A stretch of 64,000 nt of DNA from an uncultured Muribaculaceae bacterium (GTDB lineage Bacteria; Bacillota_I; Bacilli_A; RF39; UBA660). The first letter of the stretch is position 1, and the number at the start of each line of letters is the position of its first letter. The translations under genes and the position numbers were made by a program. Location of the stretch: assembly GCA_964555585.1 (NCBI GenBank), contig CAZKSN010000001.1:58709-122708 (forward strand). Direction: 5' to 3'. A model generated the notes under the pieces. It saw only the letters and a list, made by a program, of their open reading frames with translations, ran no database searches and was not told the DNA's origin. Below are positions 29,129 through 38,179 of this stretch, one piece after another.

Positions 29129-31642
29129 TTAAATTTTAAACTCTTCAAAGAAATCACTCATAGTAAGATTTTCTGTGACTTTATCCTCCTGTTTATCCTC
29201 CTGAACTTCTTTTTCATTTATACTACTCAACACTTTCAGTTTTGATGATTTAAATACAGCAGTTATATATTTTTTACTAATGTTGCTTCCAACACTATTT
29301 TTTTCCATAATATTTATATCACTTGCCTTCACATATTTAATATCATCAGTAACAATTCCGAAATTTGTTTTGGAAGTTGAAGAATATGCAAATATTATTT
29401 TGTATTCCTTTGACTTAGGACTTTTTATAATTAAACTTCCCTTTTTAGCCCTTGAAGTTTTTACAATTTCATCCATTTTAATTCTTTTGGCAGTATTTTG
29501 ATCAGTAAATACTGTTAAATGTTCATTGTTTAAACTATAAACAAATCCATTTACTACATAATCTCCTTCAGTTAGTTTAACAGCTTTCACACCACTTGTT
29601 TTTAAACCAACTACTGGGATTTCTTCTGTATTGAATTTTAAAGCATACCCCTTTTTAGTTATTAATAATGTTTCATCACTATTATTTTTGCTAACATTTA
29701 TCAGTTCATCATTTTCCCTTAATTTAAACATGGAAATAGGTTTGGTATATCTGGATACCTGAAAGGAATTCAATGACATTCTTTTTACCATTCCCAGTTT
29801 TGTAAATGCGGTTAAATATGTTTCATCAAATTGATTAACAGCAATTGATCTGATTATTTTTTCTTCATCAGATACTGAAATAATATTACTGATGTGAGAA
29901 CCAATATCTTTATATTTAAATTCTTCTAGTTGATAAACAGGAAGATATAAATAATTTCCTAAATTAGTAAATAAAATTATTGTATTCAGATTATTAACTT
30001 TATAAATACCTTCAATGTAATCATTTTCTTTTAAACCAGTCTCTTCCTCATTTGAAGCATTATATGATTTAATAGATACTTTCTTGACATATCCGGATTT
30101 AGAAATTACAACTACATAGTCATCTTTGCTCACCATATCAATTTCATCTATTTTTATTTCACTGATATTTTCCTTGATTTCAGTTAATCTTGGTGTTGGG
30201 AACTCCTTTTTAATTTGTTTCAATTCCGCTTTAATAACATTTTTTAGCACTTCTTCACTACCTAGTATTTCTTTCAATAGATTTATTAATTTAATTAATC
30301 TGTCATACTCCTCTTTTAGTAGTGTTACATCAGTATTTGTCAATTTATAGAGCTGCATCATCACTATTGCTTCTGCCTGAGCTTTAGAAAATTCATATGT
30401 ATCAATTAAATTTTCAATTGCATTTGCCTTATCCTTACTCTTTCTGATTAATTTTACTATTTCATCCAAAATGTCAATGGCTTTTATAAAACCTTCAACT
30501 ATGTGTAAAGATGATTCTGCATGTTTTAAATCAAACTTACTTCTAGAAGTAACAACCTGTTTTTCATGTTCAATAAAAGCGTCAAGAATCTCCAGCAGAC
30601 CAAGAATTTTTGGTCTTCTATTAACAATGGCAACCATATTAAAATTATAATTCACCTGTAATTCAGTATTTTTAAGCAAATAATTTATTATTAGCTCCTG
30701 ATTGGCATCCTTTTTTAAATCTATAACAATTCTTAAATCATTATTCTTATCTGATTCATCTCTTACTTCTGTTATCCCATCTATTTTTTTATCAATTCTT
30801 ATTTCTTCTATCTTTTTAATAATATTACATTTCAATACATCATAGGGTATTTCTGTTATAACCAACTGATCTTTACCTTTATTCTTGATAAATTCATATT
30901 TTGATCTAACTATTACTTTTCCCTTACCAGTCTTATATGCATTTATTATTCCATCTTTTCCTTCTAAAACTGCCCCGGTTGGAAAGTCCGGTCCCTTTAT
31001 TATTTCCATTATTGTTTCAAGTCTGGAATTGGAAGAATCCAGTCTCTTTATTGTTGCATCAATTATTTCCTCTAAATTATGAGGTGGAATATTTGTCGCA
31101 TATCCAGCACTTATACCTGTTGAACCATTTACCAATAAATTAGGAAAATGAGCAGGCAATACTGTTGGTTCCAAAGAATAATCATCAAAAGTAGGCGCCA
31201 TTAATACTGATTCTTTTTCAATATCCTTTAATAATACATTACTTATTTTTGTAAGTCTGGCTTCTGTATAACGCATTGCAGCTGCAGGATCTCCATCAAT
31301 GGAGCCGTTGTTTCCCTGCATTTCAACAAGAGTAACCCTTTGTTTCCATTTTTGACTCATTCTCACCATGGCTTCATATACAGAAGTATCTCCGTGAGGA
31401 TGGTAGTTTCCTATTACATTTCCAACTGTCTTGGCACTTTTTCTGGTTTCTTTGTCAAAAGTGTTCTTATCTTTAAACATTGAATATAAGATTCTTCTTT
31501 GAACAGGTTTTAAGCCATCTCTTACATCTGGAAGAGCTCTATCCTGAATTATATATTTAGAATATCTTCCAAATCTTTCACCCATTATCTCTTCTAATGA
31601 ATATTCATGTATTTTTTCTACAATAGTTTTTTCTTTACTCAT
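29129..31642 (-). CDS. parC: DNA topoisomerase IV subunit A (ParC); GyrA not excluded
   Basis: GyrA/ParC N-terminal domain (RALPDVRDGLKPVQRRILY...NYHPHGD, active-site Tyr region AAMRYTEARL). No GyrA-box QRRGGKG in the C-terminal domain. Coupled to the upstream B subunit. Confidence 0.7.
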   Translation of the reverse strand: MSKEKTIVEKIHEYSLEEIMGERFGRYSKYIIQDRALPDVRDGLKPVQRRILYSMFKDKNTFDKETRKSAKTVGNVIGNYHPHGDTSVYEAMVRMSQKWKQRVTLVEMQGNNGSIDGDPAAAMRYTEARLTKISNVLLKDIEKESVLMAPTFDDYSLEPTVLPAHFPNLLVNGSTGISAGYATNIPPHNLEEIIDATIKRLDSSNSRLETIMEIIKGPDFPTGAVLEGKDGIINAYKTGKGKVIVRSKYEFIKNKGKDQLVITEIPYDVLKCNIIKKIEEIRIDKKIDGITEVRDESDKNNDLRIVIDLKKDANQELIINYLLKNTELQVNYNFNMVAIVNRRPKILGLLEILDAFIEHEKQVVTSRSKFDLKHAESSLHIVEGFIKAIDILDEIVKLIRKSKDKANAIENLIDTYEFSKAQAEAIVMMQLYKLTNTDVTLLKEEYDRLIKLINLLKEILGSEEVLKNVIKAELKQIKKEFPTPRLTEIKENISEIKIDEIDMVSKDDYVVVISKSGYVKKVSIKSYNASNEEETGLKENDYIEGIYKVNNLNTIILFTNLGNYLYLPVYQLEEFKYKDIGSHISNIISVSDEEKIIRSIAVNQFDETYLTAFTKLGMVKRMSLNSFQVSRYTKPISMFKLRENDELINVSKNNSDETLLITKKGYALKFNTEEIPVVGLKTSGVKAVKLTEGDYVVNGFVYSLNNEHLTVFTDQNTAKRIKMDEIVKTSRAKKGSLIIKSPKSKEYKIIFAYSSTSKTNFGIVTDDIKYVKASDINIMEKNSVGSNISKKYITAVFKSSKLKVLSSINEKEVQEDKQEDKVTENLTMSDFFEEFKI

Positions 31643-33552
31643 TTTTTCACCACTTTAAAACTGTCTTCCATTGAAAACTCCACATTTTCTTCTATCCATT
31701 CTTTTCTTACTTCAACATTATCTCCCATTAATACATTTACTCTTTTTTCCGCAAGTACTGCATCATTTATGGTGACTTTTATAATATTTCTTGTTTTAGG
31801 ATCCATTGTTGTCTCCCATAACTGATCTGCATTCATTTCACCCAGTCCTTTATATCTCTGAATAGTGAAATTCCCCTTAAATGAGTTCTTAAATTCATTT
31901 AATTCTTCATTTGAAGCTATATACTTTTTATCTTTTCCAAATCTTAATAAATATAATGGAGGCATTGCTATATAAAGCATACCATTTTCAATTAAAGGTT
32001 TCATATATCTATAAAAGAAAGTTAAAAGCAGTACCTGAATATGAGCTCCATCATCATCAGCATCCGTCATTATTACCACTTTGCCATAATTGGATTCACT
32101 TACTGTGCATTCATTTCCTATCCCGGTTCCAACTGCATGCACGATAGTATTTATTTCTTCATTTTTAAATAATTCTGCAATATTTGTTTTTTCAGAATTT
32201 ATTACTTTACCTCTCAATGGAAGAATTGCCTGAAAATGTTTATCTCTTCCACTCTTAGCTGTTCCACCTGCACTGTTTCCCTCAACCAAGAATAATTCAT
32301 TTATTTTTGAATCTTTACTTTGAGCTGGAGTAAGTTTTCCTAACAGCACTTTGGCCTTTTCCTTACTTCCTTTTCCCGCTCTGGCATCTGCTCTTGCTTT
32401 TCTAGCAGCTTCTCTGGCCAATTTACTTTTTAATATTTTATCTAATATTTTACTTGCACTTTCCTTATTTTCTTCTAAATAATAATTTAATTTTTCATAC
32501 ACAAGGCTTTCAACAATACTTCTTGCCAAAGGTGTTCCCAACTTTGCCTTAGTTTGACCTTCAAATTGTAAAAGGTTTTCAGGTATTTTTAAACTTAAAA
32601 CAGTAGTTAAGCCTTCTCTAACATCACTGCCTTCCAAAGAATTATCCTTGCCTTTCAATAAATTATTATTCTTTACATATTCATTGAATACTTTAGTCAG
32701 AGCGGTTTTAAATCCAACTTCATGAGAACCGCCGTCATGAGTTTTTATATTATTTACAAATGAAATAATATTTTCATTGTAACCTTCGGTATATTGAAGT
32801 GCTATATCAACAATTATTCCACTTTTCTCACCGTGAAAATTAACTACTTTATGAATTGTTTTTTTATTCTCATTAATATATTCAACAAAAGATATTAAAC
32901 CATTTTCATAATGAAATACTGTATTTCTTCCATCTTCCTCATCTTTCACTTCTATTGTTAACCCATCAACAAGATAAGCGCTTTCCTGCATATGTTCACA
33001 TATTGTGGTAAAACTGAATTTTATATTTTCAAATATTTCTTTATCTGGAATAAATGTAATTATAGTACCTGTTTTTTTAGTTATTCCAATTTCTTTTAAA
33101 GGTGAAGATAATTTTCCTCCAGCTTTAAATATTATTTCATTTATTTTTCCTTCTCTATGAACAATCACCTTAAAATAACTGCTTAAGGCATTTACTACAC
33201 TTCCACCAACACCATGAAGGCCTCCGCTTACTTTATATCCAGAAGTCTCAAACTTTCCTCCAGCATGTAAAACAGTATAAATAACCTCAGGAGTGCTTCT
33301 TCCACTTTCATGACGCCCAGTTGGAACTCCTCTTCCTTCATCCTCTATTGTAATACTTCCATCTTTATTTAAAGTGATTTTTATAAGGTTGCCAAAGCCA
33401 TTTATTACTTCATCTATACTGTTATCAACTATTTCCCAAACCAAATGATGTAAACCTCTTCTATCAGTACTTCCTATGTACATTCCCGGTCTTCTTCTAA
33501 CAGCTTCCAAACCCTCTAATATTTTAATTGATTTTTCATTATATTCTTGCAT
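31639..33552 (-). CDS. parE: DNA topoisomerase IV subunit B (ParE); GyrB not excluded
   Basis: GHKL ATPase (GLHHLVWEIVDNSIDE), TOPRIM (LVEGNSAGG...IMTDADDDGAHI). Compact at 637 aa. Confidence 0.7.
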   Translation of the reverse strand: MQEYNEKSIKILEGLEAVRRRPGMYIGSTDRRGLHHLVWEIVDNSIDEVINGFGNLIKITLNKDGSITIEDEGRGVPTGRHESGRSTPEVIYTVLHAGGKFETSGYKVSGGLHGVGGSVVNALSSYFKVIVHREGKINEIIFKAGGKLSSPLKEIGITKKTGTIITFIPDKEIFENIKFSFTTICEHMQESAYLVDGLTIEVKDEEDGRNTVFHYENGLISFVEYINENKKTIHKVVNFHGEKSGIIVDIALQYTEGYNENIISFVNNIKTHDGGSHEVGFKTALTKVFNEYVKNNNLLKGKDNSLEGSDVREGLTTVLSLKIPENLLQFEGQTKAKLGTPLARSIVESLVYEKLNYYLEENKESASKILDKILKSKLAREAARKARADARAGKGSKEKAKVLLGKLTPAQSKDSKINELFLVEGNSAGGTAKSGRDKHFQAILPLRGKVINSEKTNIAELFKNEEINTIVHAVGTGIGNECTVSESNYGKVVIMTDADDDGAHIQVLLLTFFYRYMKPLIENGMLYIAMPPLYLLRFGKDKKYIASNEELNEFKNSFKGNFTIQRYKGLGEMNADQLWETTMDPKTRNIIKVTINDAVLAEKRVNVLMGDNVEVRKEWIEENVEFSMEDSFKVVKK

Positions 33553-33606
33553 TAAACATCATCCTCACTATTTAATTATACCAAAAAATAAAAAAGACTG
33601 TAAAGT

Positions 33607-34296
33607 CTATAAATCTATTATTTCTACATTATCTTTTTCTTTCTTTTCGTTATCTATCTCTTTTATCGTCTCTTTTTCTATAATATCTTCTTCTGAAATA
33701 TTATTTCCATTACCATATATTTCCTTTATTTCATTTTTAGAGGCACTTGACGCTTTATATGGCGTTATATCTTCTTCCACTATTGCATCTGATTTAAATA
33801 TGCTGTCTATATCATTTACTTTTATTTCTTCATTATTCAATTTATTTATTTCTTCTTCACTCATGAGAATTGGAGAACTTTCAATTAATATCTTGTCTTC
33901 GGCCTCCTCCTTCTCTTTATCTAATCTATTTTTATATTTATATTTTCCAAAAGATAGCATTGGAATAAATATAAATGGCAAAAATATTAAACCAAAAAGA
34001 AACGGTAAAGAAGCTCCAAATATTTTATATAATTTATATTCAATATATATTATCAGCAATATATTTATTACCGGAAATAGGAATAATAAAAAATAAAATA
34101 TTGGTATTTCTGTTATTTGAATTAATACAAATAAATTATAAATCGGTATTATTGCATCACTTGTTCTTTTATTAGCCTTTTTATACAATTTGGAACCAAA
34201 CAACATAAAAAGAATTGAAAATGTTAAAGAATAAACAACAAATATCATATAAAAATTTAATACTGATTCAATAGTATTAAAGGATATATCAAACAT
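33607..34296 (-). CDS. hypothetical polytopic membrane protein with acidic C-terminal tail
   Basis: 229-aa ORF with four predicted TM helices, then a Glu/Lys/Asp-rich tail. Confidence 0.4.
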   Translation of the reverse strand: MFDISFNTIESVLNFYMIFVVYSLTFSILFMLFGSKLYKKANKRTSDAIIPIYNLFVLIQITEIPIFYFLLFLFPVINILLIIYIEYKLYKIFGASLPFLFGLIFLPFIFIPMLSFGKYKYKNRLDKEKEEAEDKILIESSPILMSEEEINKLNNEEIKVNDIDSIFKSDAIVEEDITPYKASSASKNEIKEIYGNGNNISEEDIIEKETIKEIDNEKKEKDNVEIIDL

Positions 34297-34428
34297 TATT
34301 TCAACTCCTCTACCCTTATAAAAATATGATACTATAATTAATTATTAAAATCAATTTATTTTAATAATTTAACGAAAATAGTTGCATAATACCAAAAAAT
34401 ATTATAAAATAATGTAGTATTTAAAAAC

Positions 34429-34505
34429 GGGCTTGTAGCTCAGTTGGTTAGAGCGTGCGTCTGATAAGCGCAAGGTCGATGGTTCAAGTCCATCCAGGCC
34501 CACCA
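34429..34505 (+). tRNA. tRNA-Ile (anticodon GAT)
   Basis: GGGCTTGTAGCTCAGTTGGTTAGAGCG...CTGATAA...GGTTCAAGTCC...GGCCCACCA. Cloverleaf with encoded CCA. Confidence 0.85.
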
Positions 34506-34514
34506 TTTTTTTAT

Positions 34515-34590
34515 GGCCCGTTGGTGAAACGGTTAACACACACGCCTTTCACGCGTGCATTCACGGGTTCAAATCCCGTACGGGTCACCA
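34515..34590 (+). tRNA. tRNA-Glu (anticodon TTC)
   Basis: GGCCCGTTGGTGAAACGGTTAACACACACGCCTTTCACGCGTG...GGTTCAAATCCCGTACGGGTCACCA. Anticodon stem CACGC/GCGTG, loop CTTTCAC. Confidence 0.8.
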
Positions 34591-34602
34591 TAATTTGAAT
34601 TT

Positions 34603-34630
34603 AATCACTAATAATTTAGTGATTTTTTTT
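34603..34630 (+). terminator. rho-independent terminator after the tRNA pair
   Basis: AATCACTA-ATAATT-TAGTGATT hairpin followed by T8. Confidence 0.6.
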
Positions 34631-34681
34631 AAAATTTGAAAAACTTGTGATAATATGCTATGCTTTAAGCAAGGAGAAAAT

Positions 34682-34906
34682 ATGAAAATTATACGTAATG
34701 GAAGAGAAAATAATAATGCCACTCAAGAAATAACTTGTCAAGAATGCAATTCAGTTCTAGAAATAACACCACAAGATTTAGGATCAGTAAATAGTGATCG
34801 TGATGGATCTTATTATAATATTACTTGTCCAGTTTGTCATAGATTATTATACATTAGTGTTAATGCTATAGATCAAGATATGAAAAAGAGTAGAAGAATT
34901 AGATAA
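34682..34906 (+). CDS. small zinc-ribbon protein
   Basis: RBS AAGGAGA. 74 aa with CxxC (CQEC) and CxxC (CPVC) pairs. Confidence 0.4.
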   Translation: MKIIRNGRENNNATQEITCQECNSVLEITPQDLGSVNSDRDGSYYNITCPVCHRLLYISVNAIDQDMKKSRRIR

Positions 34907-34967
34907 AAATTTTTTTATTATATTTATATAATTTAATTAACTTATCTAACTGATATCAAAACAAAAA

Positions 34968-35009
34968 AAAGATTAAGCAAGGTTTTTAACATATCGCTTA
35001 ATCTTTTTT
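34968..35009 (+). terminator. rho-independent terminator
   Basis: AAAGATTAAGC...GCTTAATCTTT stem (11 bp) with a 17-nt loop, then T5. Confidence 0.45.
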
Positions 35010-35390
35010 CGCAACAATAATTTATTCCTTTAAACAAATTATAATGAGTTTTTACTAACTTGATTAACCGCATTTATTTCAATTTGCTAATTCAATGACC
35101 ATAATGCATATAAATCTAGAATGATCATTAAAAAAGTTTATTGTTTTCAGCTACTAATTGTAAAAGGCAATTAGTCGTAATCACTTACAATTTAAGAGTT
35201 GTCTTTCTCTAACTATTCATAAGAATAGTCGCCTTATTAGTTTGTAAGGCATTTCAACAGTTAGACTATTGAGATATAAACTCTTTATCAGTTTACTCTT
35301 CTATTAAGGCACCTTAAGTATAACAGAATAAAAATATAAAATCAATACTTTTTTTAAATTTTTTTTCAAAATTTTACATTTTTTTACATT

Positions 35391-35864
35391 TTAATTATTA
35401 TATTCAGTTTTTAATTCTTCTTTTGTCTTATATTTTTGCTTAACTTTCATCATAAAATCAGTTATCTGAGTCTCTATTTCTATTAAAGCTTTTGGAGATA
35501 TATTTGATAAAGTAATAACCTCTTTTACAGTATCAATAATGATATTTCCCCAAAATAATCCTTTTCTCACTTGAATATCATTATATAGATCCGGAGTAAT
35601 GGAATAATAAAAATATCCAAATAATACTCTTTTTTGACCAATAATAATTCTTTTATTTGTAATTGCGACTACACATGTAGTTATTATATCAAAGGGATTA
35701 TCATTTTTTTGAGCTGCAAAAGCATATATAACTTCTTCATCAGGATTTATATGCATCTGAACTACCTCGGAATTCTTTTTAAGTCTCCAAGCAATCGTTG
35801 CAGGATATTTTTCTTTAAATTTTTTAACATAATCATAAACAGTCATAAAAAAATCATACTCCAT
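35391..35864 (-). CDS. bacterial PH-domain (bPH/YdbT-like) protein
   Basis: 157 aa. The EVIYAFAAQKND...ITNKRIIIGQKRVLFGYFYYSI pattern is typical of bacterial PH (DUF304-like) domains. Confidence 0.4.
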   Translation of the reverse strand: MEYDFFMTVYDYVKKFKEKYPATIAWRLKKNSEVVQMHINPDEEVIYAFAAQKNDNPFDIITTCVVAITNKRIIIGQKRVLFGYFYYSITPDLYNDIQVRKGLFWGNIIIDTVKEVITLSNISPKALIEIETQITDFMMKVKQKYKTKEELKTEYNN

Positions 35865-36009
35865 TCAGAGTAATTATATCATATTTTAAAAAATTTATAT
35901 ATATTCTGAATTATATTTTTAATTCTCTTTTTATACTTTTTTGTTCTATATTTAATATTTTTTCAATAGAATTTCTTTTTAAAATTATTCTATGACTTAA
36001 GAATTACAA

Positions 36010-37176
36010 TCAATATTTATTCTGCTGTTTGCTTATATTTAATATAATTCCAATAAACAATAAACTTGTCACTAAACTACTTCCTCCATAACTAATGAAT
36101 GGTAAGGTTACTCCGGTAATTGGAAGTATACCTACAACCACCATTAGATTCAATAAAGTTTGAAATATCAACATAAAAGAAAGTCCAAATGATAAATATT
36201 TAGCAAACAAGTCAGAAGTTGATAGACTGATTTTTATACATTTATAAAATATGGTTAAAAATAATATTGAAATCAATAATACTCCTAAAAAACCAAATTC
36301 TTCAGATATTATGGAAAAAATAAAATCTGTCTGAGGTTCAGGTAAATAAAAATGTTTTTGTCTGGAATTTAAAAAACCAAAGCCAAATAAACCTCCAGGT
36401 CCAATGGCATATAATGATTGAATAATTTGAAATCCACTTCCTAAAGGATCTTTCCATGGGTTAATAAATGAAGTGATTCTCTGTAATCTGTATGGTGCAA
36501 TTATAATTAATCCTATGATGCTTAATAATCCTAGTAAACCTAATTTAAAAAATACCTGAAGCTTTGCACCAGTAATAAAAATTAATCCAATTAAAGCACA
36601 AACAATTACCATTCCGGTTCCAAAATCCGGTTCTAACATAATTAATCCAAAGAAAAGAATAATAATGAATAATATTGGAAAAACAAATAACTTAACACTT
36701 CTTTTATCTTCATTATTTCTAGATAAAAATTTAGCAGTGAATATTACTAAACCAAGTTTAGCTATTTCACTTGGTTGTATTCCTAAATTTCCAATTCCAA
36801 ACCAGCTTCTTGAACCATTTCTAATTGAACCTATTCCAGGTATTAGGACAAGCACTAAAAGTAAAAAGCAAACCCCTAAAATGAGATTTGCTTTATTTTT
36901 ATATATATTATAGTTTATTTTTGACGCAATATACATTAGGAATATTCCAATTATCAAAAATATACTTTGACTAAAAACATATTTATATGCATTTTCATAC
37001 TTATACTCTGCCCATATATAACTTGAAGAATAAATCATTATTACTCCAAATATACATAAAAGAATAGTACAGATAAATAAAGTCCTATCAAATTTCACAT
37101 TTAACCCCCTTAGACTTTTTAAATCCAAACTGCGTAATAAATAGCGGCCATTCCAAGCATAAATCCTATTATCCAA
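36010..37176 (-). CDS. SEDS-family protein (SpoVE/FtsW-like) of the division/sporulation cell-wall cluster
   Basis: SEDS motifs (GIQPSEIAKLGLVIFTAKFL; PDFGTGMVI). Immediately downstream of mraY. Confidence 0.75.
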   Translation of the reverse strand: MDNRIYAWNGRYLLRSLDLKSLRGLNVKFDRTLFICTILLCIFGVIMIYSSSYIWAEYKYENAYKYVFSQSIFLIIGIFLMYIASKINYNIYKNKANLILGVCFLLLVLVLIPGIGSIRNGSRSWFGIGNLGIQPSEIAKLGLVIFTAKFLSRNNEDKRSVKLFVFPILFIIILFFGLIMLEPDFGTGMVIVCALIGLIFITGAKLQVFFKLGLLGLLSIIGLIIIAPYRLQRITSFINPWKDPLGSGFQIIQSLYAIGPGGLFGFGFLNSRQKHFYLPEPQTDFIFSIISEEFGFLGVLLISILFLTIFYKCIKISLSTSDLFAKYLSFGLSFMLIFQTLLNLMVVVGILPITGVTLPFISYGGSSLVTSLLFIGIILNISKQQNKY

Positions 37177-38111
37177 AATAATTTTACTATATCTGTCTCC
37201 TGCCAGCCCAGCTTTTCAAAATGATGATGAATAGGCGCCATTAAAAATACTTTCCTTTTAAATTTTCTAATTGCAGTTATCTGTATGATTGCTGATAATG
37301 CCTCAATGACAAATACGCCACCTATAACAGCCAGCAATAATTCATGTCTTGTTAAAATTGCAATTGCTGCAAGTGTTGCTCCAAGAGACAATGAACCGAC
37401 ATCTCCCATAAATACTTTTGCCGGATGAGTGTTAAATACTAAAAATCCTAATACTGAACCAACCAATATAAAGCAGAATATCGCCATTTCTTGATAACCT
37501 TCAACCCATGAGGTACCCCAGGTTATAATACCAAAACTTAAGAAAGCTATTGCAGAAAGTCCTCCTGCCAAGCCATCTAAACCATCTGTTAAATTTACAG
37601 CGTTTGAAGAACCGACTAGTAAGAATAATATAAAGACTCCATAAAACCAACCTAAATTAATTTTAATATTTAATGAAGAAATCCATACAGTAGGATCTCC
37701 TCCTCCTCTCATATGAATATAAAAGAACACTAAAGCGATTATTACCTGAATAATTAGTTTCTGAAGAATTGATAATCCTTTATTATTGCCTTCTTTTATC
37801 TTCTTTAAATCATCCACTAAACCTAAGACTGAATATGATACAAAAACAAATATTACTATCAATAGACTATGTGTAATTTCTAAACTTCCTCTTAAATATA
37901 AAAATATCATTGTTAAAAATGTCGGAACAATAAAGATTAAACCTCCTAAAGTTGGTGTTCCCTGTTTTTCTGAATGTCTGAATTCCAAGAATTTACTAAT
38001 GTTCTGTTTTAGTTTTAATCTTCTTAAAAAAGGTATTAAAAAATAACCTAAAATAACTGAAAGAAAAAATCCAATCATTAACCCTAAAATACTTTTAGCT
38101 AAAATAAGCAT
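37119..38111 (-). CDS. mraY: phospho-N-acetylmuramoyl-pentapeptide transferase
   Basis: MraY signatures NAVNLTDGLDGLAGG and the HHHFE region (PIHHHFEKLGW). Confidence 0.9.
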   Translation of the reverse strand: MLILAKSILGLMIGFFLSVILGYFLIPFLRRLKLKQNISKFLEFRHSEKQGTPTLGGLIFIVPTFLTMIFLYLRGSLEITHSLLIVIFVFVSYSVLGLVDDLKKIKEGNNKGLSILQKLIIQVIIALVFFYIHMRGGGDPTVWISSLNIKINLGWFYGVFILFLLVGSSNAVNLTDGLDGLAGGLSAIAFLSFGIITWGTSWVEGYQEMAIFCFILVGSVLGFLVFNTHPAKVFMGDVGSLSLGATLAAIAILTRHELLLAVIGGVFVIEALSAIIQITAIRKFKRKVFLMAPIHHHFEKLGWQETDIVKLFWIIGFMLGMAAIYYAVWI

Positions 38112-38179
38112 ATCATCACTTCCTATATATTATTATACAAAAAAAATTATATTTTACAAAATAAATACCATTATTAGTG

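Noticed and set aside
28695-31825. Plus-strand ORFs 28695..28898, 28895..29245, 29280..29501, 30126..30350, 30885..31082, 30937..31143 and 31607..31825
   Set aside because: All antisense to ylbD/ylbE or parC/parE. AT-rich shadow frames with S/F/L/I-rich products.
29129-33552. Calling this pair gyrB-gyrA
   Set aside because: No GyrA-box (QRRGGKG) in the A subunit C-terminus, a compact B subunit, and a location away from any dnaA/dnaN/recF context. Topoisomerase IV (parE-parC) is preferred but not proven.
31911-34175. Plus-strand ORFs 31911..32147, 33476..34096 and 33975..34175
   Set aside because: Antisense to parE and to the 229-aa membrane protein gene. 33476..34096 is a 206-aa low-complexity S/I/F/L frame with no start context.
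34429-35400. Integrated mobile element at the tRNA-Ile/tRNA-Glu locus
   Set aside because: No integrase, no direct repeat of the tRNA 3' end and no phage/IS genes found downstream. Only a small Zn-ribbon gene and a non-coding island, which is reported separately as a finding.
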